From Acidobacteriota bacterium (GTDB taxonomy: Bacteria; Acidobacteriota; Vicinamibacteria; Marinacidobacterales; Marinacidobacteraceae), in contig JAJDVI010000017.1 in NCBI GenBank assembly GCA_022826195.1, positions 3,673 to 67,672 of the forward strand: a stretch of 64,000 nt of DNA, given 5' to 3'. The position numbers and the translations under genes were made by a program. Under the pieces are notes generated by a model. It saw only the letters and a list, made by a program, of their open reading frames with translations. It had not been told where the DNA came from and ran no database searches. Shown here one piece after another: positions 1 through 9,764 of the stretch (positions within the stretch are counted from its first letter, which is position 1; the number at the start of each line of letters is the position of its first letter).

Positions 1-664
1 CCAGTCCCATCGCCGAACACTCCAGATGCCAGCCGGGACGGCCCGGCCCGAACGGCGCCTCCCAGACCGGCTCGCCGGGTCTCGGGCCTTTCCAGAGAAC
101 GAAGTCCTGGGCGTCCTCCTTGTCGTACTCGTCCGAGTCCACCCGCGCGCCGGCCAGCCGGTCGGACGCCGCCGCCCCCGAGAGCTGTCCGTAGCCGGGA
201 AAGTCCGTGACCCGGAAGTAGATGGAACCGCCGGCTTCGTAGGCGATCCCGTTCGCGAGCAGACGCTCGACGAGCCGGATCATCGCCTCGACGTACTCCG
301 GATCGGTGGCTCTCGGGTAGTGCTCGGCGCGCTCGATCCCGAGGGCGTCGGCATCGTCGAAGAACTCCTCGATGTAGCGGGTCGTGTAGTCGCGGAGCGG
401 CTGCCCGGCCTCGTTGGCGCCCCGGATGGTCTTGTCGTCCACGTCCGTGAAGTTCATGGCCTGCAGGACGCGGTAACCCTTGAACCCGAGGTAGCGCCGC
501 AGGATGTCCTGGGCCACGAAGGTCCGGAAGTTCCCGATGTGGCCCCGGGCGTACACGGTGAGTCCGCAGGTGTACATGCGCACTTCGTCGGCGCGCTTCG
601 GCTGGAACGGCTCGACCCGGCCCCCGAGCGTGTTGCGGAGCCGGAAGGTGCTCTTGTCGGGCAT
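1..664 (-). CDS. cysS: Cysteinyl-tRNA synthetase, N-terminal part (gene continues beyond the window start)
   Basis: Minus-strand translation from ATG at ~664 reads MPDKSTFRLRNTLGGRVEPFQP...MYTCGLTVYARGHIGNFRTF. This is a class-I aaRS HIGH-type motif matching the CysRS N-terminus (cf. E. coli [20 protein letters not shown]). The ORF runs off the window edge, so it is absent from the ORF track. The plus-strand ORF 26..1981 is its antisense shadow. Confidence 0.75.
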   Translation of the reverse strand, partial: MPDKSTFRLRNTLGGRVEPFQPKRADEVRMYTCGLTVYARGHIGNFRTFVAQDILRRYLGFKGYRVLQAMNFTDVDDKTIRGANEAGQPLRDYTTRYIEEFFDDADALGIERAEHYPRATDPEYVEAMIRLVERLLANGIAYEAGGSIYFRVTDFPGYGQLSGAAASDRLAGARVDSDEYDKEDAQDFVLWKGPRPGEPVWEAPFGPGRPGWHLECSAMGL

Positions 665-673
665 CGAAACGTA

Positions 674-2497
674 CTAGACGACGATCTGCCGGCCGCGGCG
701 CTTGAGGACGACGAGCGTGAGGTCGTCGCGCAGCGGACTGGGCCCGGAGAAGGCCCGGGCCCGCGAAAGCAGGTCGCCGCAGATGTCGCGGGCGCTCATC
801 GAGCGGGCGGCGATCAGGGCGTCCACGATGCGGGCGTCGTCGAAGAGGCTGCCCGCCGGATCTTCGGCCTCGCTCAGGCCGTCGGTGTAGAGCGCCACCA
901 GGTCGCCGGGACCGAGTTCGCAGGTGCCCACCTCGGTCTCGATCTCCGGGAAGAGACCCAGCACCGTGGAACCCCGGTCCAGGCGCTCGACCGAGCCGTC
1001 GCCCCGGACCAGCACCGGATGCACGTGCCCGGCGTTCAGGTAGTCGAGCCGGCCGCTCGCGGGTTCGAGCCGGGCCAGGATGGCGGTCATGTAGCGGCTG
1101 TCCTCGGTGTTCTGGTGGAGGTGGTGATTCAGGTCCTGCGCGGCGCTGGCGATCCCGGGCCGGCCGTGCCGGAAGAAACTGCGCAGGGACGCCTGGACCG
1201 AAGCCATGATGAGCGCCGGCCCGGCTCCCTTGCCGGAGACGTCGGCGATCGTGACGAAGACCGCCTCGTCCAGGGTGAGGTAATCGTAGTAGTCCCCCCC
1301 GACGGAGAGACAGGGAATGTTGATCCCCCAGAGGTCCCACCCGGGATACTCCGGAGCCTCCGACGGCAGAAAGCGGGCCTGGATCCGGCGCGCCACCTCG
1401 AGTTCCTTCTCCTTCTGGATGGAGGCGCGGGTGAGGCGCAGGCTTTCGACCGCGGCCGAGGCCTGTCCGGTGAGCGAGGTCAGAAAGGCCCGGTCCGCCG
1501 ACGACAGCTCCCGGCCGAACCCGGCGGTACCGAGGAAGAGCGTTCCCTGGACCGCACCGGAAGCAAAGGGCACGACCCAGCCGATCTCCAGCCTCGCGAG
1601 GTCGCAGGAGGTGGCCCAGTGCGAGAGATCGGCCGCCGGACGAATGTTGTGGTCGCCCGCCATGATCTCGGCGGCGCGCACGAAGATCGCCCCATCGTCT
1701 TCCGGGCGCTTCGGTCCCTTGGCGGCGACCACCCTTCCCCCGGCCACCACGGCGGCCCGGCTCGCCAGCACGTGCCCCATGGCCCCGTGGAGCAACAGGT
1801 CCCAGACCGCCGCTTCGTCGCGGGCCCGGTGCAGGCCGGCGGTGAGGTCCATGAGCGAGCGGAGCTGGTAGACGTGGAGCGACAGCCGCCGGTTCGCCAC
1901 CCGCAACTCCTCGTCGCGCCGGCACTTCTCGAGCGCCGCCGCCGCGGAAACCGAGAGCGCCTCCAGAAAGTCGGTCCGTGACCCGGCGAGGTCCGGATGC
2001 GGTTCCCCCAGCAGGAGCACGCCGCGGAGTCCGTCCCGGGTGCGCAGGAGGGTCGCCGACGACGCTTCGGAATCGCGCATGAGCTGGCGAAATGGCTCCG
2101 CCGCCGCGTCTTCTTGCGGATGTTCGCCACCGGACCGCAGGACGAGCGCGCCGGGTAGCCGTTCGGGCGCTTCCAGTTGAAGCTCCTCCCAGCCGGGATT
2201 CCCGGCCCCCCGCCGGCTGGCCGGGTGCAGGACCCCCTCCTCGTCGGGGAGCAGCAAGCCCGCCCAGCGGGCGCCGGACTCGCCAAGCGCCACCAGGACG
2301 ATGAGGGACGCCACCTCCGCCGCATTCAGCCGCTCGAACGCCGCCGCGCTGAAGTCGGTCAGGGCCAGGAGTTCGGACACCCGCCGTTCCAGCCCGGGGT
2401 TCATGCCTCCGATGTGCTCCGCGAGCAACTGCTGGTAACGCGTGCCGGGAGAGGCCGGCGGCTCCGGCACGGGCGTGCGCACCGTGCGCGTGGTCAT
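674..2497 (-). CDS. GAF domain–PP2C (SpoIIE/RsbU-type) serine phosphatase
   Basis: 607 aa. The C-terminal half carries PP2C/SpoIIE motifs (VTIADVSGKGAGPALIMASVQ...YTDGLSEA). The N-terminal half is GAF-like. ATG start at 2495-2497. The stop sits 7 nt from the cysS start. Confidence 0.8.
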   Translation of the reverse strand: MTTRTVRTPVPEPPASPGTRYQQLLAEHIGGMNPGLERRVSELLALTDFSAAAFERLNAAEVASLIVLVALGESGARWAGLLLPDEEGVLHPASRRGAGNPGWEELQLEAPERLPGALVLRSGGEHPQEDAAAEPFRQLMRDSEASSATLLRTRDGLRGVLLLGEPHPDLAGSRTDFLEALSVSAAAALEKCRRDEELRVANRRLSLHVYQLRSLMDLTAGLHRARDEAAVWDLLLHGAMGHVLASRAAVVAGGRVVAAKGPKRPEDDGAIFVRAAEIMAGDHNIRPAADLSHWATSCDLARLEIGWVVPFASGAVQGTLFLGTAGFGRELSSADRAFLTSLTGQASAAVESLRLTRASIQKEKELEVARRIQARFLPSEAPEYPGWDLWGINIPCLSVGGDYYDYLTLDEAVFVTIADVSGKGAGPALIMASVQASLRSFFRHGRPGIASAAQDLNHHLHQNTEDSRYMTAILARLEPASGRLDYLNAGHVHPVLVRGDGSVERLDRGSTVLGLFPEIETEVGTCELGPGDLVALYTDGLSEAEDPAGSLFDDARIVDALIAARSMSARDICGDLLSRARAFSGPSPLRDDLTLVVLKRRGRQIVV

Positions 2498-2584
2498 GTC
2501 AGGCCGGCGCTCCGAGGCGGCCCCGCGGCGCGGCGCTCCTGCTCCTCGCCCGGCGGATTTCGCTCCGATCCTGCGCGCACGGGA

Positions 2585-3043
2585 TCAGGACTCCGGCTCG
2601 CGGCCCGGCGAGCCGGAACCCGCGCGGTTGCGCTCGAGCACCCAGCAGCCGACACCCGCCGCCGATTCCTCATGGACGACGTGATCCATGAGCCGGCGCA
2701 TGAGATGCACCCCCAGGCCGCCCCGCCGCCGCTCGCGCGCGAGGCGACCGAGGTCCACCCCGGCCGGAAGGCTCGTGGGCGCGGCGCCGCGGTGCTCCAG
2801 TTCGATCCGTAGCGCCTCGGGCCCGGGCAGGAAACGCAGCCGGACGGCGTGACCCCGCTCGCCCCGATAGGCGTGTTCGACCACGTTCGTCATCGCCTCT
2901 CCCACCGCCACCGCGATCTCGTCCGCGGCGGCGGGATCGAAGCCCTCGGCGATCGCCGCTCTCCGGGTCGCCTCGTGGACGAGGCTCAGGCACTCGCAGG
3001 TCGCCGGCACGTCAAGCTCGAACGGCGCCCGGTCCGTCGCCAA
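2585..3043 (-). CDS. Anti-sigma regulatory factor (RsbW/SpoIIAB-type serine kinase, HATPase_c)
   Basis: HATPase motif EAMTNVVEHAY plus GGLGVHLMRRL. The likely start is a TTG (LATDRAPFELD...) 4 nt after the antagonist stop. It is preceded by GGAGGGGG, a strong RBS. The ORF-track N-terminal extension overlaps the upstream gene. Confidence 0.7.
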   Translation of the reverse strand: MATDRAPFELDVPATCECLSLVHEATRRAAIAEGFDPAAADEIAVAVGEAMTNVVEHAYRGERGHAVRLRFLPGPEALRIELEHRGAAPTSLPAGVDLGRLARERRRGGLGVHLMRRLMDHVVHEESAAGVGCWVLERNRAGSGSPGREPES

Positions 3044-3047
3044 TGGC

Positions 3048-3398
3048 TCAACCCCCTCCAAAGCTGAGGACCGCTTCCTCCTCGGTCTCGAAGGTGCGGC
3101 ACAGCCGGTCGAAACCCAGGACGCGGAAGATATGGGCGACGGTCCCGGTAAGCGCCGCAACCCGGATGTCCCCGCCGCCCGCGCGGGCCTCTTCGATCAG
3201 TCCCATGATCGCGCCGAAGCCGGCGCTCGCCACGTAGGAGAGGTGGGCGCCGCTGATCACGATCCGCACGTCGCCGGCCTCGACGAGCGCGTTCAGCACT
3301 CCCTCGAACTCGGCCACGGTGTGCGCGTTGATGAACCCCTTCGGTTCCACGACGACCACTTCGGCGGCGCGGCGGGTAGCGACTTGAAGATCAGGCAT
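3048..3398 (-). CDS. Anti-sigma factor antagonist (STAS domain, RsbV/SpoIIAA-like)
   Basis: MPDLQVATRRAAEVVVVEPKGFINAHTVAEFEGVLNALVEAGDVRIVISGAHLSYVASAGFGAIMGL is a typical STAS fold with the phosphorylatable-Ser region. ATG at 3396-3398 overlaps the ribF stop by 8 nt. Confidence 0.75.
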   Translation of the reverse strand: MPDLQVATRRAAEVVVVEPKGFINAHTVAEFEGVLNALVEAGDVRIVISGAHLSYVASAGFGAIMGLIEEARAGGGDIRVAALTGTVAHIFRVLGFDRLCRTFETEEEAVLSFGGG

Positions 3399-4401
3399 GG
3401 GTGAGCGTCTCGGGTTTGGCGGCCTCGGCAGAGCGGGACCAGACCTCGGGCGCCGGGAACGCGACCAGGTCGCGGGCCTTCGCCACGTCGCGGCCAAGCT
3501 GCTCCCTGAGGGACTGCGGGCCGGGAAAGGCCCGAACCTCCCGCAGGCGGGAGAGGAAGCGCACCCGGAGGCGCGACACCTCACCGGAGAAACCCGTCAG
3601 GTGCACCTCCAGGGAAGGCGAATCGTCGAAAGTGGGCCGCGGTCCGTAGTGAAGCACGGCCCGGAAAAGCCCTTCTCCCGGGGAGGTCAGGACCGCATCC
3701 ACCGCATAGACCCCATGCGGAACCAGCACGTCCCCGGCGGGCGCCAGGTTGGCGGTGGGAAACCCGAGCCCCCGGCCCCGGCCCCGTCCCGGGACCACCT
3801 CGCCATCGATCTCGTAGAAGGCGCCGAGGAGCGCGGCGCCCTCTTCGATGTTCCCCTCGGCCAGTGCCCGCCGGATCCGGGTGGAAGAGACGATCGCCCC
3901 CTTCCACGACACGGACGGCGCCTCGATGACCCCGAACCCGAGACGGTCACCGAGGGCGCGGAGGGTCTCGAGGTCGCCCGCGCGGCCGCGGCCGAACCGG
4001 AAATTCGCACCCTGCACCACGGTAACGGCCCCGAGCCGCTCCACGAGCAGCCGGGACGCGAAGTCGGCGGGAGAGGTCCGGGCCATCGCGTCGCCGAACT
4101 CGAGCACGACGAGGCGCTCCACGCCGGCGGCGGCGAGCCGCTCCGCCTTGAGCGCGAAGCTGGTGATGCTCTTCGGAGCGCGGCCGGGGCGAAGCAGGCG
4201 GGCGGGGTGGGGATCGAAGGTCACGGCGACGCACTCGGCGCCGCGCTCCCGCGCCTCCTCCCCGGCGAGCTGCAACCCCATCCGGTGGCCCCGGTGGACT
4301 CCGTCAAAGTTGCCGACCGCGACGACGGCCGGCCGGGGCGGCCCGCCGGGACCCGCCCCGCCCGCCGCGGGGGGCAGCTCGCGGAGGCGCTCGATCTTCA
4401 T
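3391..4401 (-). CDS. ribF: Bifunctional riboflavin kinase / FMN adenylyltransferase
   Basis: 336 aa. N-terminal FAD-synthetase motifs (VVAVGNFDGVHRGH) and a C-terminal riboflavin-kinase domain (GRGRGRGLGFPTANL...EVHLTGFSGE). Confidence 0.85.
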   Translation of the reverse strand: MKIERLRELPPAAGGAGPGGPPRPAVVAVGNFDGVHRGHRMGLQLAGEEARERGAECVAVTFDPHPARLLRPGRAPKSITSFALKAERLAAAGVERLVVLEFGDAMARTSPADFASRLLVERLGAVTVVQGANFRFGRGRAGDLETLRALGDRLGFGVIEAPSVSWKGAIVSSTRIRRALAEGNIEEGAALLGAFYEIDGEVVPGRGRGRGLGFPTANLAPAGDVLVPHGVYAVDAVLTSPGEGLFRAVLHYGPRPTFDDSPSLEVHLTGFSGEVSRLRVRFLSRLREVRAFPGPQSLREQLGRDVAKARDLVAFPAPEVWSRSAEAAKPETLTHA

Positions 4402-4865
4402 CCGTCGGGCCCGTGAGAGCGCTCCATGTACGCCATCCGCAGTTGGTAGAGCGCCTGGGAGACCAGCCGGGCGTCGCCCGGAGCGAGCCGGCCCCGGGTC
4501 TTCTCCTCGACGACCTCCAGAAGGCCGATCACCGCCTGGAGTCCCTGGAGCGCTTCGGCCCGCTGCGCACCGCTGGCCGATCCCGGCTTCTCCGCACCCT
4601 CGGCGGTCTGCTCGAGCAGCATCGCGGCCTGCGAAAAGAGCAGGGAAACGAGCTGTTTGAAGCGGGGGTCCTCCTCGGGCGCCGGTCCCGGGGCCGGAGC
4701 GGATTCGGCGGGGACTGCGGCTGCGGGTTTCGTTTCCGTTCGGACCGGGGGGACGTCGGGGGACGGCTCGCTCCGGGGTGGGGCGTCCGGGCGGCGGGAA
4801 CCGTCGGACGCGAAGGCGCGCCGGTCCCTGACGACAATGCGCGGGGCTTGCTCCTCTTCACTCAT
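4398..4865 (-). CDS. DUF1844-family protein
   Basis: Start at MSEEEQAPRIVVRDRRAFASDG. Conserved blocks FKQLVSLLFSQAAMLLEQ, GLQAVIGLLEVVEEKTRGRL and LYQLRMAYM match my recollection of the DUF1844 family. The stop overlaps the ribF start by 4 nt. Confidence 0.55.
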   Translation of the reverse strand: MSEEEQAPRIVVRDRRAFASDGSRRPDAPPRSEPSPDVPPVRTETKPAAAVPAESAPAPGPAPEEDPRFKQLVSLLFSQAAMLLEQTAEGAEKPGSASGAQRAEALQGLQAVIGLLEVVEEKTRGRLAPGDARLVSQALYQLRMAYMERSHGPDG

Positions 4866-5001
4866 CCGTTGTCCGGGCCGCGCCGGGTGGCGGCCCGCTT
4901 CCCGGAATCCTATTGTCCCGCCACCCGCTCCGCGAGCCGCCGGCGCCTTGAAACGGGACCGGACCGCGGGGACAATGCCGGCCGAACATTCCATCCGGCC
5001 C

Positions 5002-5709
5002 ATGAAGAATCCCGAAGAGACCCGCGCCGCCCTCGAACGCGCGGCGGCCGGCGGCGCCGAGGTCGCCGGTCTGGTGGAGATCATGGCGAAGCTGCGGTCC
5101 GAGAACGGCTGCCCCTGGGACCGGGAGCAGACCTGGGACTCACTCCGGCGCTACGTGATCGAGGAGGCGTACGAACTGGTGGACGCGGTCGACCGGAAGG
5201 ACCCGGCCGCGGTGCTCGAGGAGTGCGGGGACCTGCTGCTGGAAGTGGTGTTCATGGCGCAGATCGCCGAGGAGGAGGGCCGGTTCGGGATGGCGGAGGT
5301 CGCCCGCGGCATCACCCGCAAGCTGATCCGCCGGCACCCCCACGTGTTCGGGGACCAGGAGCGGGCCTCGGACGCCGGCGAGGCGTTCGCCAGTTGGGAG
5401 GCGATCAAGGCCGCGGAGAAGGCGGAGCGCCCGGCGTCCGGGGACCGGCTGCCGCAGGGTCTGCCGGCGTTGCTGGTCGCGATGAAGGCCATCGAGCGGA
5501 GGGGTGCGGCCGAGGACGGGGAGGAGGCGGAGCGGGACGGCATCCTCCCCGCCGTCGAGCGGATGCAGGCGGCACGGCGGGGCGAAGACGCGGAGCAGCT
5601 CGAGACGGCGCTTGGCGACCTGCTGCTGGCGGTCGCGCGGGAGGCCCGGCGGGACGGACTGGATCCGGAGTCGGCGCTCCGCAACGCGGTCCGGCGGCTC
5701 GGCGGGTGA
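5002..5709 (+). CDS. mazG: MazG-family nucleoside triphosphate pyrophosphohydrolase
   Basis: The EEAYELVDAV and LEECGDLLLEVVFMAQIAEEEGRF motifs and tandem MazG EE-x(2)-E repeats are present. The start is ATG 5002 (MKNPEETRAAL) or 4975. The ORF-track N-terminal extension is low-complexity. Confidence 0.75.
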   Translation: MKNPEETRAALERAAAGGAEVAGLVEIMAKLRSENGCPWDREQTWDSLRRYVIEEAYELVDAVDRKDPAAVLEECGDLLLEVVFMAQIAEEEGRFGMAEVARGITRKLIRRHPHVFGDQERASDAGEAFASWEAIKAAEKAERPASGDRLPQGLPALLVAMKAIERRGAAEDGEEAERDGILPAVERMQAARRGEDAEQLETALGDLLLAVAREARRDGLDPESALRNAVRRLGG

Positions 5710-5719
5710 GTCTCGCGGC

Positions 5720-8128
5720 CTACGGCCGCGGTGCCGGTCTGAAGAGCGGCGTTCCCGGGTTCCGGAATGTGCTGACGGACATCCGGCCGTCCGGTCCGAT
5801 GGCCACCGTCACCGCGCCGGTCTCGTCGGTGCGGTACACCGCGGCGCCGCTCCGCCGCAGCCGCTCCAGGACCCCATCGTCGGGAAGGCCCCGTCTGGGA
5901 TCGGCGCGCACCGGGACCAGCGCCACGTCGGGCGCTACCGCGGCCAGGAACTCCGGGGTGGTCGAGAACCGGCTGCCGTGGTGGCCGACCTTGAGCACGT
6001 CGGAGCGCAGCGCGCCTCCATACCGGCGGAGCAGCACCCGCTCGGTCGCCTCCCCGGCGTCGCCGGTCAGCAGCAGCCGTCTCCCGGCGTAGTCCACCGC
6101 CAGCACGAGCGAGCGCTCGTTGGGACGTTCTTCCCGGCCGGTCCCGTGGTCGCCGGCGAGCAGCACCGAGAAGCGGGCGCCGCCCAGTTCGAACCGCTCG
6201 CCGGCGCGGAGACGGCGGAGGGGGATTCCCCGCCGGACACGCTCGCGGTGCATCACCCGGACTGCGCGCCGGGAATCCTCGGCGGTCCCGCCGCCCTCCC
6301 GGACCTCGTCCACGCGGAAGTCGCGGAACGCCGCCGGGAACCCCCCGACGTGGTCCAGATCGCCGTGCGTGGGAACGGCGGCACGCAGCCGCCGGTAGCC
6401 CGCGTGCGCCAGGAACGGAGTGACGACGGCCTCGCCGGCGCTCCAGCCGCCGAAGGCAGGACCCGCGTCGAGGAGCACCGCCCCGCCCGCCGGAAGCGAA
6501 AGGACCAGGGCGTCACCCATCCCCACGTCGAGGGCCGTGAGCCGGAGCGTCCCATCCGCCGGCTCCGCGAGGGGCAGCGTGAACAGCGCCAGCAGCGCCA
6601 GGGGGATGGCCGGACCGATCCTGCGTCTGCCCCGAAGCTTCAGCAGGGTGATCGCGAGCCCCAGCCAGGCGGCCAGCCACCAGAGCCCCGGCCGGGCCAC
6701 GGGGAAGGCGCCGAACGGGAGTCCGGCGCCCCACTCGCTGAGCCGGATGAGCGTCTGGGTGGAGGCCGTCAGCAACCAGCCCGCCGCCTCCCCGGGAAAC
6801 CCGGTCCCGGCGAGCGCCAGCCAGGCGAACCCGAGGCCGAGCACCGGCCCCGCCAGGAGACCCGCCGGAACCGCGACCAGCAGGCCCCCGAACACCACCC
6901 GGCCGAAGTGCCAGGCGACGATGGGGAAGGTCGCGAGCTGGGACGCCAGCGTCACCCCGAGCGGGGCCAGGATCCAGGTCCGCCAGCGCGGCGAAGGGTC
7001 CCAGACGGCATCGGCGGGATCCTCCGGGCGGAAGGCGGCGATGATCGCGAGGGTGGCGGCGAAACTGAGTTGGAACCCCACGTCGACGGCGTTCCACGGG
7101 GAATAGGCGAGCAGCGCCAGCGCCGCGTAGAGCGGAAGCAGGAAGAGCAGGACGCTGAGCGCGGTGCGCCGCGGCAGGCCCGCCAGGACGAGAGTCCCGT
7201 AGATCAGCAGGCTCAACAGCCCGACGTGGAGCCCGCTCACCGCCATCAGGTGGAGCGTGCCGGCGTCGCGGAAAGCCCGCTCCGTCGCCGGCCCCGTCCG
7301 CGTGCGGTCGCCGATGAGCATGGCGGTGACGACCCCGAGCACGTCCTCCGGGAAACCGCCGCCCGAGAGGCGGTCCCGGATCCGGGATCGGACCCGGTGC
7401 ACGAGTTGCCAGGGGACGGGACCCGGCGCGGTCTCCCGGACCAGCAGGGCGCTCTTGGTGGAGCCGAAGAGGGCGACGGGACCCCGAATCTCCCGGGCGC
7501 CGGGGTTTCCCGGCGGGCGCGGTTCGGAAACCCGGGACCAGACCGCAACCCGCGCCCCCCGGGCAAGGCTCCGGAGGCGGTCCCGGCGATCGCCGTCCAC
7601 GCGGATCGAGACCTCGCCGTCGACCTCCCGCTCTTCGCGGCTCGCGCCCAGCCGGTCCACCCGCAGCGCGAGCGAGGTGCGCCGGCCGGAGTCCTCGGGC
7701 TCCGCCCGGAGCACTCCCTCGAGGCGGACGGGACGGCTCAGGCGCTCGACTCCCAGGCCTCGGATCGCCTGCGACAGCGAGGACTCCGAACCGGGCACGG
7801 GGCGGGAAAGGACGCCCGCGATGAAGGCCGCGAGCAGGAGCAACCCGGTCCTCGCGCCCGGACCCGGGCCGAACCGTCCGCGCAACCGGCGCCCCGCGGC
7901 GAGGCTCGGGAGGAGAGCCGCGGCCCCGAGGAGCGCGAGCACCGGCGGCGGGGGGCCCGATTCCGGGAGCGAACCGGGCATCGATGCCGAAGCGGCAATG
8001 CCTCCCCAGAAGGCGGCGGCCAGCAGGAGGAGCGGCGCGGGCGCCGTTCCGCCGGAGGCGGTCTCCGGCGCCGGACGGGGCCGCGGCCCGCTCCGGGCGC
8101 CGGAAGGGAGGGGGCCGGTGACCACCAC
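5720..8128 (-). CDS. comEC: DNA internalization competence protein ComEC/Rec2 (competence domain plus metallo-β-lactamase domain)
   Basis: 802 aa polytopic membrane protein. The competence-domain motif is MAVSGLHVGLL. The C-terminal MBL motif is LTALDVGMGDALVLSLP...THGDLDHVGG. Confidence 0.8.
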   Translation of the reverse strand: MVVTGPLPSGARSGPRPRPAPETASGGTAPAPLLLLAAAFWGGIAASASMPGSLPESGPPPPVLALLGAAALLPSLAAGRRLRGRFGPGPGARTGLLLLAAFIAGVLSRPVPGSESSLSQAIRGLGVERLSRPVRLEGVLRAEPEDSGRRTSLALRVDRLGASREEREVDGEVSIRVDGDRRDRLRSLARGARVAVWSRVSEPRPPGNPGAREIRGPVALFGSTKSALLVRETAPGPVPWQLVHRVRSRIRDRLSGGGFPEDVLGVVTAMLIGDRTRTGPATERAFRDAGTLHLMAVSGLHVGLLSLLIYGTLVLAGLPRRTALSVLLFLLPLYAALALLAYSPWNAVDVGFQLSFAATLAIIAAFRPEDPADAVWDPSPRWRTWILAPLGVTLASQLATFPIVAWHFGRVVFGGLLVAVPAGLLAGPVLGLGFAWLALAGTGFPGEAAGWLLTASTQTLIRLSEWGAGLPFGAFPVARPGLWWLAAWLGLAITLLKLRGRRRIGPAIPLALLALFTLPLAEPADGTLRLTALDVGMGDALVLSLPAGGAVLLDAGPAFGGWSAGEAVVTPFLAHAGYRRLRAAVPTHGDLDHVGGFPAAFRDFRVDEVREGGGTAEDSRRAVRVMHRERVRRGIPLRRLRAGERFELGGARFSVLLAGDHGTGREERPNERSLVLAVDYAGRRLLLTGDAGEATERVLLRRYGGALRSDVLKVGHHGSRFSTTPEFLAAVAPDVALVPVRADPRRGLPDDGVLERLRRSGAAVYRTDETGAVTVAIGPDGRMSVSTFRNPGTPLFRPAPRP

Positions 8129-8140
8129 CGGTGGCCCCGC

Positions 8141-8815
8141 TCAGTCGGAGAGTGGCCCCAGCCCGAAGAACTCGCCCACCCGGCGCCGGACCGCCCGGTC
8201 GAACGTCGCTCGCCAGGTGGATTCCGGCATGCGCGTCCGGTACGGTGCGAGTTTGTTGCGCACCTCGGTCTCGATCTCCTCGCGGGCGGCGTCGGGAAGG
8301 GCCGCCTGAAGCCGAATCACAAGGTCGTTCTCGATCGCCTGGACCGTTTCCCCGGCGCTCGCCGAGGCGTTTTCTGGCTTGCCGAGCCTTTCGATCTGCG
8401 CGGCCGCAGCGTGGGCCGCGGCAACCAGGTCACCCGCCGTCTCCGGGTTCGCGAGACGCGCCCGGTCGGGCGACCAGTTCCTCAGCTGCCCCGGGAGCCG
8501 TTCGAGGCCGGTCTCGGCGTCCGGCCCCGTCTCGCGCGGGGCGCCGGCGCCCGCCTGCCGGAGCCGCTTCGCGTCGAACGAGGCCTCGACCGCCCGGGAA
8601 CACTCGCCGAGCGGCATCCGGGGAGAGACGCGGACCTTTTCCGAGAACGTCGCGCGGATGCCGGAAAGGACGACGTCCAGCGGTATCCCGCGCGCCTCCC
8701 ACCGGCAGACCTGGTCCCAGTCGGCCGGACTGAGCACCAGACCGCCCCCGCGGAGATCGAGGAACGCGCGTTCCACCGCCCGGTAGTAGTCGTCGGGGGC
8801 CGGCGCCCGGCTCAT
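8141..8815 (-). CDS. Hypothetical protein
   Basis: 224 aa with no motifs I can assign. Coding-like GC3. The start overlaps the birA stop by 4 nt (ATGA). Confidence 0.4.
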   Translation of the reverse strand: MSRAPAPDDYYRAVERAFLDLRGGGLVLSPADWDQVCRWEARGIPLDVVLSGIRATFSEKVRVSPRMPLGECSRAVEASFDAKRLRQAGAGAPRETGPDAETGLERLPGQLRNWSPDRARLANPETAGDLVAAAHAAAAQIERLGKPENASASAGETVQAIENDLVIRLQAALPDAAREEIETEVRNKLAPYRTRMPESTWRATFDRAVRRRVGEFFGLGPLSD

Positions 8816-9669
8816 CCGGGAACCACCCCGTCCGGGCGCCCCGAACCCGGGTCGGCGTGGAGGATCCGGACCGCGTCACTCTCGGTCACCACCCGGGTCC
8901 CGCCGCCGTCGACCCGGACCCGCAGGCCTCCTCCGGCGTCCAGTCCGTCGGTCATCCCGCGCACCGGCGCGGAGGCGCGCAGCCGCACCTCGGCGCGGCA
9001 GCCGCGTGCGGTGGGGCTGATCGCTTCCCAGCGGGCCCGCAGCGACGCGGGGTCCTTCCGGAGCAGAGCGAGGGCCGCGTCCAGGGACATCACCAGCGCC
9101 CGGGCAAGTCCGGCCCGGTCCACGCCTTCCGGGAGCCAGCCCGGCAGCCGCGGGATGGGCGCGGGCAGCGACCCCGAGGTGTCCGCCGAAGCGGCCGCCG
9201 GCAGCGAGACCGGCGTCAGGTTGACCCCGAACCCCACCACCGCCAGCCGGGGAGACTCTCTGCGGAATCCGACCTCGGCCAGCACGCCGGCAACCTTCCT
9301 GCCGTTCCAGTCGAGGTCATTGGGCCACCGAAGTTCCGCCGGAATCCCGGCGGCCCGCCGCACTGCCTGCGCCACGGCGACTCCGGCCGCAAGCGGCAAC
9401 AGGGTCAGCGGGTCCGCCGCCGGCGCGCCGGGCCCCGCCGGAGGCTCGACGAGGACGCTCAGGTAGAGCCCGCCCGGCGGCGAGACCCAGGTCCGGCCGA
9501 AGCGCCCCTTCCCCTCCGTCTGCGTTTCGGCGATCAGCACGCTTCCCGCCAGGCGCGCCGCCCCCGCGTCGAGCGCGATCGCCTTCGCGACTTCGTTCGT
9601 GGACGCGACACGGCCCCAGACGCCAATGAACGGCGCCGGCCGCGCGCGGGTCGCGTCGAGGACGGCCAT
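8812..9669 (-). CDS. birA: Biotin–[acetyl-CoA-carboxylase] ligase
   Basis: Starts at MAVLDATRARP (ATG 9667-9669). Carries the BPL catalytic motif GRFGRTWVSPPGGLYLS...WPNDL. The ORF-track N-terminal 206 aa are antisense/overlap artefact. Confidence 0.75.
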   Translation of the reverse strand: MAVLDATRARPAPFIGVWGRVASTNEVAKAIALDAGAARLAGSVLIAETQTEGKGRFGRTWVSPPGGLYLSVLVEPPAGPGAPAADPLTLLPLAAGVAVAQAVRRAAGIPAELRWPNDLDWNGRKVAGVLAEVGFRRESPRLAVVGFGVNLTPVSLPAAASADTSGSLPAPIPRLPGWLPEGVDRAGLARALVMSLDAALALLRKDPASLRARWEAISPTARGCRAEVRLRASAPVRGMTDGLDAGGGLRVRVDGGGTRVVTESDAVRILHADPGSGRPDGVVPG

Positions 9670-9764
9670 CCGCAACGACTCCGTCCCTCCGGAACGGGAA
9701 GGCGCGGCGGCGCCCGGCTTCACGGCGGCTGCCGCGGGCTCGAGGCCTCCGGTCGGCAAGGCGT

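Noticed and set aside
26-1981. 651-aa plus-strand ORF
   Set aside because: It runs antisense across cysS and the GAF-PP2C gene. The composition is Arg/Gly/Pro-rich, typical of high-GC antisense frames, and no domain motifs are visible.
5504-9466. 1320-aa plus-strand ORF
   Set aside because: Antisense to comEC, the hypothetical gene and birA. Low-complexity R/G/P/E composition.
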